Origin: Tubiluchus corallicola
Lineage: Eukaryota > Animalia > Priapulida
Assembly (NCBI GenBank): GCA_030141605.1
Contig: JAQGDQ010000263.1
Location: forward strand, 62,001 to 126,000
DNA: 64,000 nt
Reading direction: 5' to 3'
The first letter of the stretch is position 1, and every line of letters begins with the position of its first letter. The position numbers and the translations under genes were made by a program. Positions 14,637-27,651 of this stretch are shown here, piece after piece. The notes beneath the pieces are model-generated. The model saw nothing but the letters and a program-made list of their open reading frames with translations, was not told the DNA's origin and made no database searches.

Positions 14637-15529
14637 CTTCGTGGTCATTTTCATTGTCATCATCTGCATTTCATCACCTTCATGAAACGAGGGCACAATT
14701 AAGTGTTCACGGTCTGCTGGCTACGACAGTTAAACAGTGCCAAGTTTGGTTAATGAGCAGATGGGTGACCGGCATATCCAAGTCTCGACTCGTTTCTCTT
14801 TTTTGGATTAGAGGTGTCTATCGACATCTGAACATGAGTAAGCATGTCTGACAACTGAGTGTCTCCTATAGACCGAACAGTGTGGAAGAGGTTATCACCA
14901 CATTCATACACGATGTATCATAGAACCCACAAGAAACTTAAGGGATGTTCGCTGAAGCATAAAATCTGTCAGCAATTAACCATGTGACGTCATATTGCAG
15001 CACGTGCCAGACGAACAGCGACTAACGGCTCAAAAATTCACACATTCCATCCCTGATTTCGCAACAGCATGAGAAGCCAATTCAAGTACACCTCCCACAC
15101 GCACTGAGCAAGCACCACCCCCCCCCCCGGGGCCGGGCGACCAAACGCGTTCACAGCGTTTTCAAATCATAGCACCACGTTTCTTTTAAGAAACGCACTC
15201 AGTGAAAGCTGGGTTATTTAAACAAGCCACAACAGCAGACGTATCCGCAATTCGGTTTTACAACGTCCAAATGCCACGACGCGGTATTTATTTTCTAAGA
15301 AACTTTTTCATTGCTGTACACAGCGTACAAGAATGCTGGGTAAATACCACGCGGAACACAAAAGTTTGCCAAATCCGGGATGTGGTGAGAAACATTATAT
15401 AATTAGATTCCAAAATACAGTAAGAATTTCCCCCAATGGTCGTTGTAGACACGTGATGTTTCATAATAAAGGGAACTCCGTGCTCCTCTTGAAGTGAATT
15501 TGAGCCACAATCCTAATCATACAATGACG

Positions 15530-16145
15530 TTAAAGGAAGACTGGAAGATTTTTCACATACTATCCTATCTTCAAGTCCGATAAAAAGTATATATTTTAGC
15601 ACAATTAATGCTGCAAAAGCGTTCCTAATATTTAAAAAGAAGGTTAAAAACTTAATTAACGTCTGGCGAGCCCAGCTATTGATGACATCACAAATGAACA
15701 TAATTTTCAACAGCACAAACATTCCATGAGCGTGTTGCACGTGTTTGCGAAAGCGAAAATTGAAGTACAGTGCTACTGTAACATATTCAGTACTAAAGCT
15801 AGACAAGATTGAAGATAAAAATTCAAATCTAAGTTTACCGCTGTGCTCACGCATGAGCTGTCGAACGTGCGTAGTTCGTCACAAACTAACACAGCTGAAC
15901 TGAGAGGTACAGCACCTGTTTTTGTGCAACACGTTTCCGAAATGCAGGCGCTAGTGCCCATCTAACTAGCGAATGGTAAAATGCATGTAACAGCGAAGAA
16001 CTAGTGGCGCGAACGTGAAATTGTGTTTGTGTGGTAATAATTCTTTGACGTAAGTCATTTTTGAAAAAAATAGTATGTTTCTTTCAATATTTTAAAGAGT
16101 AGATTGTTTTGACCTACAGTTTAAGATTGGGTGCGGTTTTGCTTT
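15530..16145 (+). mobile_element. TTAA-flanked MITE family A, copy 3
   Basis: Starts TTAA|AGGAAGACTGG; homologous to 7203-7805. Confidence 0.8.
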
Positions 16146-16578
16146 CTATCACGTACCTTATCCTGATGCTGCTAGCTTTCTCGTACTGAAATCTAGATTC
16201 AGTTTTCACAAGTCCTCTGTCTAATAAGATTTATTCTCGGCGAACATTAGAAAAGTTTAACTTATTAAAAAGTGATTAAAGGTAATTCATCAATTTGATT
16301 TGACTAATAATTAATTTATAAATAATAAATGAAGAAATCTATGATGATAAATGGTAACTGTATTTCGAGCGAAGAATAAAAAACAAAACAATTTATTTGC
16401 CCGTAGGGATTCGAACGCAGAACTTCTGCATTCCAGGCAGATATTCTAAGCTGGGAAATTACCAACCGTTAGACAGTAGGGAAATTTCAATCGTTCGGAC
16501 TTAAAAATTTTATATGCAAGTTAATGGGCTAGCTTACTAATTAAATAATTACTATGCAGGGCAGATTCTAATAATTTA
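16146..16578 (-). repeat. Inverted copy of 11190-11629 (tRNA-like segment on the minus strand)
   Basis: Reverse-complement match visible throughout. Confidence 0.8.
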
Positions 16579-17468
16579 GGGTATAAATATGTTCTCTCGT
16601 TTTATCTCCCCCAATTTTAAGCAACAAACGCCCTACAATCACACGAAGCATGCTTAAGGGAACGATTTTTTGCATAATTATGACAGCATGAAATCACCTC
16701 ACCCAATTTTAGTGTCCCCATAAAAATGAAGAAAAGAATAGAGTATTCCATAAAAATTCATCCAATGTTATGAGCATTACACCTAAACTGTCCTGTTGCT
16801 TAGCAACAGCTAGTATGTGATTTAATAACTCTAATTTGCCACACCATTTAAAATTAAAAATGGCAAATTTTAAGACAAACCGGAATCAATTTCTGAATAA
16901 AACGACTAAATGTGGTAAACAGAAGTTTAGAGCCAAACAAAATTGGAAGTTTACAGTCAAAGAAAACAGAATTACTGTTAGCTGAAGTAAAACTTCTACA
17001 CAATAGCGTCTGCACGTTTTAACCTTGAGATAAGACCACTTTAAGCCAAACTAGTATTTGGATTAGCATACTCTGTGCAAAGTTGAAAATGATGGTAGGA
17101 TGATCATTATGTAAATTGCCGCCAGTGTTTCTGTCAAATAGATGTTGTTATTAAAGGCGACAATACAAACACTCTATACGCATAATGTAAGATGGCTACA
17201 GGGAATGATATTCCTTCACAAGCTAGAGAAAGAACCTTGGATCACATACACTTAATTTACATATTATATGTTTAACTCTAGAAAAAGAACCTACAGAACT
17301 AATCAATTAGAGTAAAACTATTGTTAGTTTGCGTCTTTGTTTGTTTATTTCACTGTTTGTTTGTTTTATTTGTTTCCTTCTTTATCTGCTTATTCTATTC
17401 ATTAGCATTTTTTAAATTAAAAATTTAATTTTTAAATTTGTTACTGCCATATTTGTTTTAGTAATATG

Positions 17469-17817
17469 CAGGGCCGGATAATGACATTTTGGGGCAACTT
17501 GGCTAATGAAATCACGGGACCCCTCAGATGGACCCACAATCTAATCCGCTGTCACATATTTCAGCAACATCTGCATAGCTGGGGGCACCATATTTCAAAT
17601 AAAGGACTTCAAACAGGGACCATTATGTAAACTAAAGGGCCGTTTAAATCAAATAAAAGGCCTCAAACAAGAATCCTTTACGTCAAATGAGGAGCCTCTT
17701 TAAAACTGGATTTTCAGACTTCCTGGCCTCCTTTTTTACAAGTCAGCAATGCAAAGTAGGGCCCCCCAAACTTTAGGGGCCCTAGGCTGTAGCCTATGGG
17801 GTAATCCAGCCAAGCTG
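17469..17817. mobile_element. Degenerate hAT-like MITE
   Basis: Starts CAGGGCCGGAT; ends GGGGCCCTAGGC...GGTAATCCAGCC; right TIR decayed. Confidence 0.5.
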
Positions 17818-17959
17818 ACATGTAAATTTGTCCAGATTGTACACTTCTGGGATCTCGGAACTGTTAAAGTTCGTGTTTAATTGTTTGGTCTACTTGTCAA
17901 CTTACATTTGGTCATTTTGTATTTTCAATATTTGCTAATTAGATAGTTAGTATAAACAT

Positions 17960-18515
17960 AATTTATTATAGGATTGGATCACACAGTTTGAACAACATGA
18001 TTTAGGATCCTCACCACAACAAACTATATACACTATTTACAAAAACATTTACAGTCAGAATAGACTATGCCTACATAAGCTGAGAAGTTTTACTACAAGA
18101 TTTCATTAGATATTAGTAACATTTACAGTCAGAATAGACGATAACTACACAAGCTGACAAGTTTTACTACAAGATTACATTAGACATTAGTAGAAAATGA
18201 CGGTTAGAAAATATTAATGTACGATTATTTAAGACTGATGCATTTCATATCAGATAGAAACTACTGGAAGCGTTTAGTACGTAATATAAAGTCATGTATA
18301 CATTGGAATATTTTACAGTTAACAACATAGTTAAATTCATCTTTTCCGAATAATAACAACTTTAACAGATCATTAGTTCCTAAGGCAGCTATATTAAGGT
18401 TTTCGGGCAAAAGTATTGCATTTAATTTATCAAACATAACAACCCTAGTTTGTTGATACAATGGGCAGTGCAACAAAAAGTGTTCAACAGACTCAAATCG
18501 AAATCCACCGTTACA
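17960..18515 (-). mobile_element. 3' end of a CR1/L2-group LINE (ORF2 C-terminal Cys/His knuckle plus 3'UTR)
   Basis: Minus-strand FESVEHFLLHCPLYQQTR...LLLFG...NCKIFQCIHDFILRTKRF* is typical of the invertebrate CR1-group ORF2 C-terminus; AATAAA follows downstream. Confidence 0.8.
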
Positions 18516-19039
18516 ATTCTTTGCTATTTACTGATATGTTTCTTGTTATGTAGTCATATAAAAATCATGTAATTTATTTTTATAAAAATAGTCCAAATTT
18601 TCCAAAAGTGAAGACGAAAAAGCATAATGCATCAATGCACAAAACAAAACGAGAAAATGCTTGAATTTTGTTTCATCTTTGCGAAATGTGAAGATTTACA
18701 TCTGACTATTCAACAAGTTTAATGTGACATATTATTAACAACTCACCCGACTATCAACTTGTTTAAAATCCTCTAACCGAATAGCATAGACGTAATCCCT
18801 GAAAAGATGAATAATCAAACAGAATTAACAAAAAATATTTCAGCCCATATATTCAAAACCAGTTTGATTAAATTCTCACCTTGCTTACGGCCTGGTAAGT
18901 CAAACTAGAGTGAAAAGTGTGCCAAAAATGAAAAACGAGCCACATAAAAGACTAAGCTGATTTGATAATAGAAGGGATTAAACATGAAATATGGATTCAT
19001 TACAGAAACTATCAATTGAAACCCATTCTCTAAACTGTA

Positions 19040-19862
19040 AAGATTAGACTTTTGTGTCTTCAAATTTTATAATGTGATGCAGTAGTGATGAAGAGTAAAT
19101 TCACAGCCCCCAACAACTGGAATAAAATAAGTGCCCAAATAAAAATACACAAAACTATTTATAGTTTCAAAAAGTACTTGAAAAGGACCATTTTTGATTC
19201 ATACTTATAATACATTTTTAATGCTTCCATGTCTCATGCAGTCGCAATGTATGACCTCCAATCAATTATAATGTTATTTCAATATAGCTCTAAGTAAAAC
19301 ATACACTGTGGTCGTTTCTTCTCCTCTTTTCCTTCTTCCTATCCCTAATCTTACTATTTTCCCATTCCATCACGTCTACTAACCCTAACCATTCTTTCAT
19401 TCGCTCATCCTCCCCTCCCTTCCTTCTTCCTATCCCTAATCTTACTATTTTCTTTCCATTCCATCATGTCTACTAACCCTAACCATTCTTTCATTCACTC
19501 ATTCCCTCCTGCCTTCCTTCTTCCTATCCCTAATCTTACTATTTTTCCCATTTCATCATGTCCACTAACCCTAACCATTCTTTCATTCACTCATTCTCTC
19601 CTGCCTTCCTTCTTCCTATCCCTAATCTTACTATTTTTTCCATTCCATCATGTCCACTAACCCTAACCATTCTTTCATTCACTCATTTCTGCCACCTTAG
19701 CAAGTCAAGCTTTCAAGGTGTCATACAGCAACTCTTTTATTTGGTTAATTTGACTTCATGAAAGTTCTTTTTACCTATACTGTTTCTTTTTTTCAATAAT
19801 ATTGTATGTTGATGTATTGTATATGTATTGCTCGAGTGAAATAAATTGATTGATTGATTGAG
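19040..19862 (+). mobile_element. 3' remnant of an L2/Crack-like LINE with an (ATTG)n tail
   Basis: KFTAPNNWNKISAQIK...SFKKYLKRTIFDSYL* (frameshifted) and terminal GAAATAAATTGATTGATTGATTGA. Confidence 0.5.
19320..19690. repeat. ~92-bp pyrimidine-rich tandem repeat x4
   Basis: Unit CCTAATCTTACTATTTTT...ACTAACCCTAACCATTCTTTCATTC repeated. Confidence 0.9.
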
Positions 19863-20216
19863 ATGCAGTAAAGTATTTCTAAAAACTGAAACGTATCCAT
19901 TACAACACAGGCAAATTCTATATAATATTAGTGCATATTCAATTCAAAGGTCAGATCAGGGTCAGGGAGGACAATGTGATAATAGTGACCAATTTAAAGG
20001 CTTTCGACATGTTTATTATTTTCACTACTATTGCATTTGATATTGCCTTTAAAGCAGTAAATCTTTTTACACAAAACCACGAAGATTATTCAGATAAAGC
20101 TGGCAAACAGCAATCATATTTTTCACTATTTGTTTTGGTATGAAAAACGTGAAAGTATTTTAATCTTATCAAACAATTATCTGTGACCAAAGACATATGT
20201 TCTTGTATCAACTTAC

Positions 20217-20307
20217 CTCGCTCCTACTAATAATAAGTCACCATCTCGCTCTAATATCTTGAAATAATCTGGAAACGTGTCGTTGCCTTTGAATACGCCT
20301 TCAAATC
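20217..20307 (-). CDS. Sema1a: Semaphorin-1a-like gene, second coding exon (start of Sema domain)
   Basis: Minus strand ttttcttcag|GA TTT GAA...GCG AG|gtaagt; 91 nt, phase 1 to 2; encodes (R)FEGVFKGNDTFPDYFKILERDGDLLLVGA(R), matching the class-1 semaphorin motif F.GN....D.FK.L..D...LLVGAR. Confidence 0.9.
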
Positions 20308-23300
20308 CTGAAGAAAAAAATCATTATATTTTCTGGGTAGGAAATTTACGGCATGCATCTGCTGTATTAATAACAATGCCATGCAAAATTGATTAAAAGA
20401 CTAATTTGATTTGTTACATATGAGAATCGTCCGCATTAAAGACTTACACGAAGTTTTATTACATGACCAGAAAGTGGGCGATATAGATAAAATTGACACT
20501 AAAATATACGACATCTCCATTTTATTACATCCACTAAATTTGAAATTTTGAGAAAATGAAAGATTTTTTTCTTTCGCGAGAAATGTCACATGCTGAATGT
20601 GACGAAAATGGGAATCACATGCTGATAAATTAGTTTTTAACTCGACCGCTAGGGCAAAACGACCCCTAGAATTGCTTGTGCAAGTAGAATACAATTTGAC
20701 AGAGAAAATGAATGTAGAGTGCATTAAGCTAAATAGACAAATAACAGACGCATGCAAGAATGATTTTGAAAAGCTGACGATTAATACCTATTATGAAAGA
20801 AGTTGATCGAGATCAAAGATTATCATAACTATTACATATACACATAATTATAGCATCATGAATTTTGCAGGCAACATATGACTGTCCTTTACTTAATAGC
20901 CAGGGATGCACCTAGAAATTTACCATCGTTTATTAGCAGGTAAAAGTGTGTAAAAGGACGTACAACAATAATTGTGATAGTTCAAACTGAAGAAAGCCAT
21001 TTCGATTAATAATATTTGGACATAAAGCGCAATAACTACACTTATAAAGCATACAAATAAATGCTTTCATTAAATTATTACTTTATAACAGTCCCTTTTG
21101 TTTGTGATCAAACAGAGTAAATTAATTTAAATAGCATCATTGTTTTATGCTGTAGCATCAATTCAGTAACTGTACCAGTAGCCATTTAAATCATTCAAAT
21201 AATACATTACATCCCACTTCTGACACCACTATATTATTTAAGTCGAAAACAAGAATGTGCTAAATTCATTCTGAATACTAAGGAAAATTTAGAGTTTCAA
21301 AATTTTATAAGTAAACAGTAGGGCCCTCTGAAAGACTTAACAGACGCTTATCACATAAGCCCACATATAACAAAGTACACTGCCTGATCAAGAATGGGAA
21401 GCATTGACGTTCAGGAAATAAAAAAAACCAATCCTGTTTCCTACATAAAAAAATCAGCTGGCACCTGAAACAGCAGATAGCTTGTTTGGGACGAACACCA
21501 ATCGTAAAAGAGATGCTTTTATAAAAGAAATATCATTAAGCAACAGACACGAATGAGTCACTGCATTCTGTCTGGAAAATTTTGTAGACCTGATGAATTA
21601 TTTGGCTCACAGGTACACAGACCAGGGCTTTGATTCATAGTCACTCAGCACTCGTCTACGTGCACCTGGCCCTGCATGACATTATAGTGTTGTACACCAC
21701 GGTGCAATTGTTATATCCGAAGAAAACCCTGTTTTTTCACACCACTACCCGAATTTACAATGAAAACAGTGGGAGCTCTGCACCTTGTTTTGATCAGTAA
21801 AAATTCTTAAAGCAATTTAAACTAGGAGGATGCTCAGTAGAACCTGTTTCTCCTGCCATGTTTTTAAGATTAGTTAATGTCATACTAAAACGCACGCAAA
21901 GACGTCCTAGATTAATGGACTATAGCGACTGGTAAGTCTGGTATGGATACTACAGTGTATTTCCAAAAATTACATACTACAGCTAATAAGTATTCTCCAA
22001 CAAGTTCGTTAAGATTTAGTTTTACTTTGAAAATTTCTTGAAAATGCTAGAAAATGCACGAAAATAAAGGAGTTCAAACGGTCGCTGATTTGGATTCTTT
22101 CGCACCAAATTCAGTTTTTCATTAAGACTACAGTAAGTAAATTGTCTCAGATTAACGATAAAAACGTTATTAGTTCTCTTTTTCAAACTGAAGCTTCTTG
22201 GGCAGTTTTCTCAATTGTTTCTTCGTTTTTGAACTTCTTTATCCGTGTCACATCAACTTTCTAGCGCTTAGAAAACAGCCTGGGGTCCACAATTTGTCAA
22301 GTGTTCAAAATATCTTTGCATGCAGTCAAAGAGTCTGAGTCGAAGGTAAATTATATTTAAAACGTTATGCTCGTATGCTCGTATACTCGTATTGTAATTC
22401 GGCCCTTAAAAATTAATGAATACACGAGTTCTGATATATTATAGCACTTAAGCTGCCGTGACACTCAGTTTTTAGCAATTTTGACTGTAACAAATCAACA
22501 TTTGGTATATCAAATTTCTGAAAAGTGCCAACTCGCTAGAGAATGCCAGCTCTTTCCGAGAGCATTATACATTTCCGGTGAAGCAATTTTTACTCATGAA
22601 GCGTGCGTGGCTTCCCCGGGGGATGTTGAAAACTTTCCTGACACATCCTGCAGTCAGTTCTAATTAAAATTTCTGGAATTCTCCCACGTTTGAGCGCTTT
22701 GGTTTCACAACAGCCTTTCTGCAACGTCTAACGCCTGCAAGTGGACCGAGCAACTTCAGAACTGGCACATCAGGCGGGTTATTTTAGAGTGAACTGCATC
22801 AAGCAGATTTTTTTAGGCTACAGATGTGCAATTAGGTCGACAAATAACGCGACGGTAGGTATCAAATTGTAACGGCATGAAGCCAGACCCTTAGAAGCAA
22901 CTCGTTAACTCCCCCCCCCCTCCCGGGTTTCTTTACAAGAGTATTCCCGTGCGTACAAATACCAAATTCGCTGATTGCTCAATACTGGACAGTCTCAATC
23001 CCGTGTAGAAACAAACATAATGGGCTGACGTTCAAAGCAAGAAAGAAGCTATTTGGTTTGCACCGTACAGAGATCTACACTGGTGTCATTTCTATTAGCA
23101 AGTTTTCCTCTTTGCTAAAAGGTTTAATCCTCCCAAGTTCATCATGCCATCGTTATGGGACAAAATGCATCTACGAATGACTAATCCGCACGGCAAATCT
23201 GTAAACAATTTCTCCCATGAAAAACTTTAAAAGTTTATTACCACAACCGCAGTATTCATCTATTAATCCGAACCCCGACTTACTACCGGTAATAATTGTT

Positions 23301-23848
23301 TTAGCGTAATCTAAATGGAAAACTCTATTTAGCCGGCATAAGTAAATAAATTATTAGCTGGCTGGTGGCATAAAGCTGCAGTACACACAGACACACACAC
23401 AGTCAGAAAAATCCGATTATGTTTTCCTTCACGTCTAATCAACAAGTTAATTAGGCGTTTCTCAAACAGCTTGCACAATGCAGCTCTTTCGCAAAACTAA
23501 CTGATTTGAAGAGAAATAGTGTTGGGCTAAGAATGCCTCCTATTAACACACAACTAGGCAGTATTTGACTTATAACTTTTACTACAGGTGCCTTATTGTC
23601 TAGCGTCCTTGCAGAAAAAAGTGCAGAACGACTAATGTTTAGTTTACCGTGACAGTGATTTTAACTTGCTATGTGTTGAAATAAGTACAACTGCTTAGTC
23701 TTAAAAACAACTGAGCTAAATTAACGAATTGCTTAAATAATTAATTAAGAAAAGACAACCGAACACCACTGTATAAAGAAAGAAAATTATCATAAAAAAA
23801 CATAATTGAAAAATGAAATCTTTGGGCATTTACACTGATCCTATAATG

Positions 23849-24251
23849 CAGGGGTGTGCAAATTATCTGACTAGCCGGGCCACATTAAACATTCCCGCAA
23901 TTCCTATGGGCCCACATGCAGTTTGGTCGAGGAGCCAAGTACAGTAGGACCTAATAACGATTTTTTGCATCCGATTTGCACACATCATTACTACTGTACT
24001 CAAGAAACTATTTTAGAAGTTATTAAAATTTATATTAAAAAACCATATATTTCGTCATGTCCGACAGTGACATTAAGTGACAACGGTCTTGGTTAATGCC
24101 ATCCGATCTAGAGGAAAAAACTACCCGCACTATCTTTGGGATCGTGGCACGGACTTCAGTTGGATCGCGTGGGCCGCACTTTCATTACGTTGACAAACCT
24201 CTTCGCGGGTCACACAAGATCTCTCGGCGGGCCGCAGTTTGCACACCCCTG
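23849..24251. mobile_element. hAT-family MITE with a perfect 8-bp TSD
   Basis: CTATAATG|CAGGGGTGTGCAAA...TTTGCACACCCCTG|CTATAATG. Confidence 0.93.
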
Positions 24252-24869
24252 CTATAATGTGTATCTCTAGAAAAGTTGCTCGCTGGAAATACTTAAGCAC
24301 TAAACCTTATCTTGAGGAAAGTGAGTCAGTCTATGAGAGCCATAGAACATGCTAACGACCGATAAGAAAACATTCAAAAGATGAGTTCCTGTGATATCAT
24401 TGAGAAAAGTTACTGTAGAAACAGTTCAAAGTGTATTGAATTACCGGCTGTGCATGTCCAAAAAACGTTTCATTGTTAATAAGACTCCACTTAACCTCTT
24501 TACATCAGTGCACCAAGGAAGATAGCATCAGTAAAACGGAGCATGATCTTTTAGACCACCGAAAGTTCTAAGTTTCAATCATTCAGAGAAATTACACTTT
24601 AAAGAGGCGAAAAACAAGAGGAAAGAAGCAGGCAAAGGCAGAAAGCCCCCCTACTTGAAGCCGTGCCAGGATAACTTTTTGATCCATTTATTACGAACTA
24701 ATCTCTGCCTTTGCGCAAATGTACCCAATAAACAAGATAGTAATACTATATAGGGTAAACGAACTGCCAAGATTCCAACAATATAAAAAACAATGCAGCC
24801 ACTTTATGATATTCTAATGTACATTAGGATATAGTAAATGAACAAGACACAGGCACCAGCAAGCGTGGC

Positions 24870-24970
24870 ATGCTTCCTGATCAGACAGTGAGACGGTCAT
24901 TTACATATTAGAGAAATGTGATAGGGGCAATAACAGAGCCTTGGGGTACACCAGCATTTACAATGTAGAC
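24870..24970 (-). mobile_element. Small degraded non-LTR reverse transcriptase fragment
   Basis: Minus strand VNAGVPQGSVIAPITFL*YVND corresponds to the RT motif GVPQGSVLGPLLFLIYVND. Confidence 0.75.
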
Positions 24971-26100
24971 GCAGTTTAGAGATGAAATCTGTTTGATGTG
25001 TCATATAACTCATATACTTAACAAAAGACAGGTGCGTGTGGCAAACTTGTGTAACCCCAATCCAAACGAACTATTAATAGAAAGTTTTCAAGGACCTCAG
25101 GGCTCACTGCAGGTGACCAATGTCACTGCCCTCCAGTGTGAGTAAATAACGAAGCAAAGACTTTCTGATTTCATGTTAATGAGCTGATTATATCAAATCT
25201 GGGACTGAGCACTGTTTTTACGAAATGCCGCAAAACAATTCCATGTTATAATCTTCTCTGTTCTTCAGTATTACTGCATTGTGGCACACTTTACAAATCT
25301 AACGCACTAGATCGTCAATAACTTCATATTCATGAAAAGCCATTGCTAGTGTAATTTTTTTCGCAATCAGGATTCCTTTTAACACAGTTTTCCTCAGAAA
25401 GTAACTTAAATTTTACATGCTTCAGCATCTACACACCTTCCAGAAATCCCCAATAATATCAGATGCAGATTTTCTACGGTTGATTTCACTAAACTCTGTT
25501 TCTTATGAATCTTATTGGCAAAAGGTGGTCCACGAATACTGGAAAATGGGAAAACTGGAACGTTTTTTATCTAAATAACAATAACACATTTCAATGACAC
25601 CTTTAAACAAGTGCACCAAAACAAACCAGTTTAGGTTCTATTCAATATGCCATTGATACCAATACTTGAAGAGTAGGTCAGTATAACTGCCAGTCTGGTA
25701 ACAAAATTCATGCCATTTTCGCCCCGTCCGCCACTCGCATTCACACTGACACGAACAGCAGATTTCCGCCATTGTGCAAAAAGATGTTGGCCATTGTTGA
25801 AAAACGATGCTATCGCTTACGCTATTCGGAAAATGATAAATTCTGGCACACGAAAAAATTTATCGGTTTCGGCGAACGCAGAAATTTTTGACACCCCAGT
25901 TCATTTATCACAAGCAACTGCTCTTTAGAAAGTTGAACAAAGTTGAGAATTGTCTGGTCGATCGGAGTTGCTAAGATCTATTCATTGACTGTAGCAAGAT
26001 TTCCTCATGTTTTTCAGGTTTAACGGATGAAGCATATTGGAAATAATGTAGAAAAGCCAAAGAATCTGTATAGAAAAATAAATATACATATACTGAAATA

Positions 26101-26664
26101 TTAACGGAAAACCGGATGATTGTGTAAACTGTAAACATTAGTTCAGAATAAAGAATGCTCTAAAATATTGAAAACTACAATAGCTTCTTGTAAATCAAAG
26201 CTAAGATTAAATAATAATTATCTCGGATACTCAAATTTTGTTAAACTTTCGAAGCTACGCGCGGCTCAGTGAATCTACTAAGATTGGCAGCGGCGCCTTT
26301 TTGTCACATTCGCGTGGTCGACTAATGAAAGGCGGTGCCGTGATAAGCATGAACATGAACTACCGTATTAGTTTCTGACGTCATATGATGTAGAGCCCAT
26401 TTTTCGTGACAACGTGCGCTTAAACATTACTGTAACACTTATGCAAATGTTCTTGATGCGCAAGGGAAGACGCCTGCCATTGCACAAACTGTGGTTAGTT
26501 TCTGACGTAAGCAATAGCTGTGTTTGGTTGCCGTTAATTAACTTTCTAAGCTAATTATTCAAATATAATGAACAATTGTTAACTTTTATAGGCAAGAAAA
26601 TGTATATTTTGGACAGTAAATTAAAATGAGATTGAGTCTAAACAGTCTTCCGGTCTTTCTTTAA
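26101..26664 (+). mobile_element. TTAA-flanked MITE family B, copy 1 (Kolobok-like)
   Basis: GGAAAACCGGATGATTGT...CCGGTCTTTCT|TTAA; homologous to 40712-41187 (-) and 55952-56494 (+). Confidence 0.88.
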
Positions 26665-27256
26665 GGAATATAAAACAGTGCATATCCTGTTAAGAAGAAA
26701 AGATAATCTAGTATAAGTGTAGTCATGCGCATCTCCTACGTCCATTTTTTTCTAAGTTCATCCTAACCAAACCACTTTTGTTAGTTTTCGTGTCGCAGCT
26801 GCAAATGAAAAATTGCCATCACTCTCAACAATGTGACAAAATGCAATTTCATATCTGAAACCTGTGCCGTTCAAATTACAAGAAATCTTATCAACGCAGT
26901 GATTGTACAAAGTGAAAAATGCAAGCGCATCTTGAAATCGATAAAAAAGGCCAGAGACAGCGAATAAGGATCGTCAAAAAATGCCGAAAGTGCGTAATGA
27001 TATGAATACAATTTACTTGAATTAAACACACAATTCAATTCAATGAATGCCCTAATGTGTCCCAGTTGTTGTTTTTCCCATTCACAAAGAATTTAATCAA
27101 GGCTAAACGCGACGTAATAAAGCTACGTCTTTAAGATGAGGAACAAATTTCTTGTCATATTCATATAAAACGTTTAGCAGTAACTTGAACCACGTGTGTG
27201 AAATGAAATGCTCCCTTCGGAGCCTTTATATAACCCGCGACATTGTTGCACTGTGA

Positions 27257-27530
27257 TCTTCTTCTTCTTCTTCTTCCCAGCTTTTCCCTATTCGGGGTCG
27301 CCGTTGTGAATGAATCTTCTCCACGCATTCCTGTTGTTGACCATCTCTTCATCTCTTTATTTATGTCTTCCCTTCCCACAAGATCTTCACCGACTCTTTT
27401 TTCAGGTGCCCATACCATCGCAATCTTGCGAGGCTTCCACTAATTTTCCTGTTCCTCTGATATTATTATTTCTAATTTTATCTCTCCTTGTTGCACTGTG
27501 GTCATTAGGTCCATTTTCCTAATTTCCATA
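27257..27530 (-). mobile_element. 3' end of an RTE-clade LINE with a (GAA)n tail
   Basis: Minus strand ...NRNAWRRFIHNGDPE* then GGGAAAAGCTGG(GAA)n, a typical RTE 3' terminus. Confidence 0.7.
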
Positions 27531-27651
27531 TTGCAGGGCATGTGTGCGTGTTGCAGGGCATGCGTGCGTGTTGCAGGGCATGCGTGCGTGTTGCAGGGCA
27601 TGCGTGCGTGTTGCAGGGCAAGCGTGCGTGTTGCAGGGCATGCGTGCGTGT
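27530..27651. repeat. 20-bp tandem repeat x6
   Basis: TGCGTGCGTGTTGCAGGGCA repeated. Confidence 0.93.
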
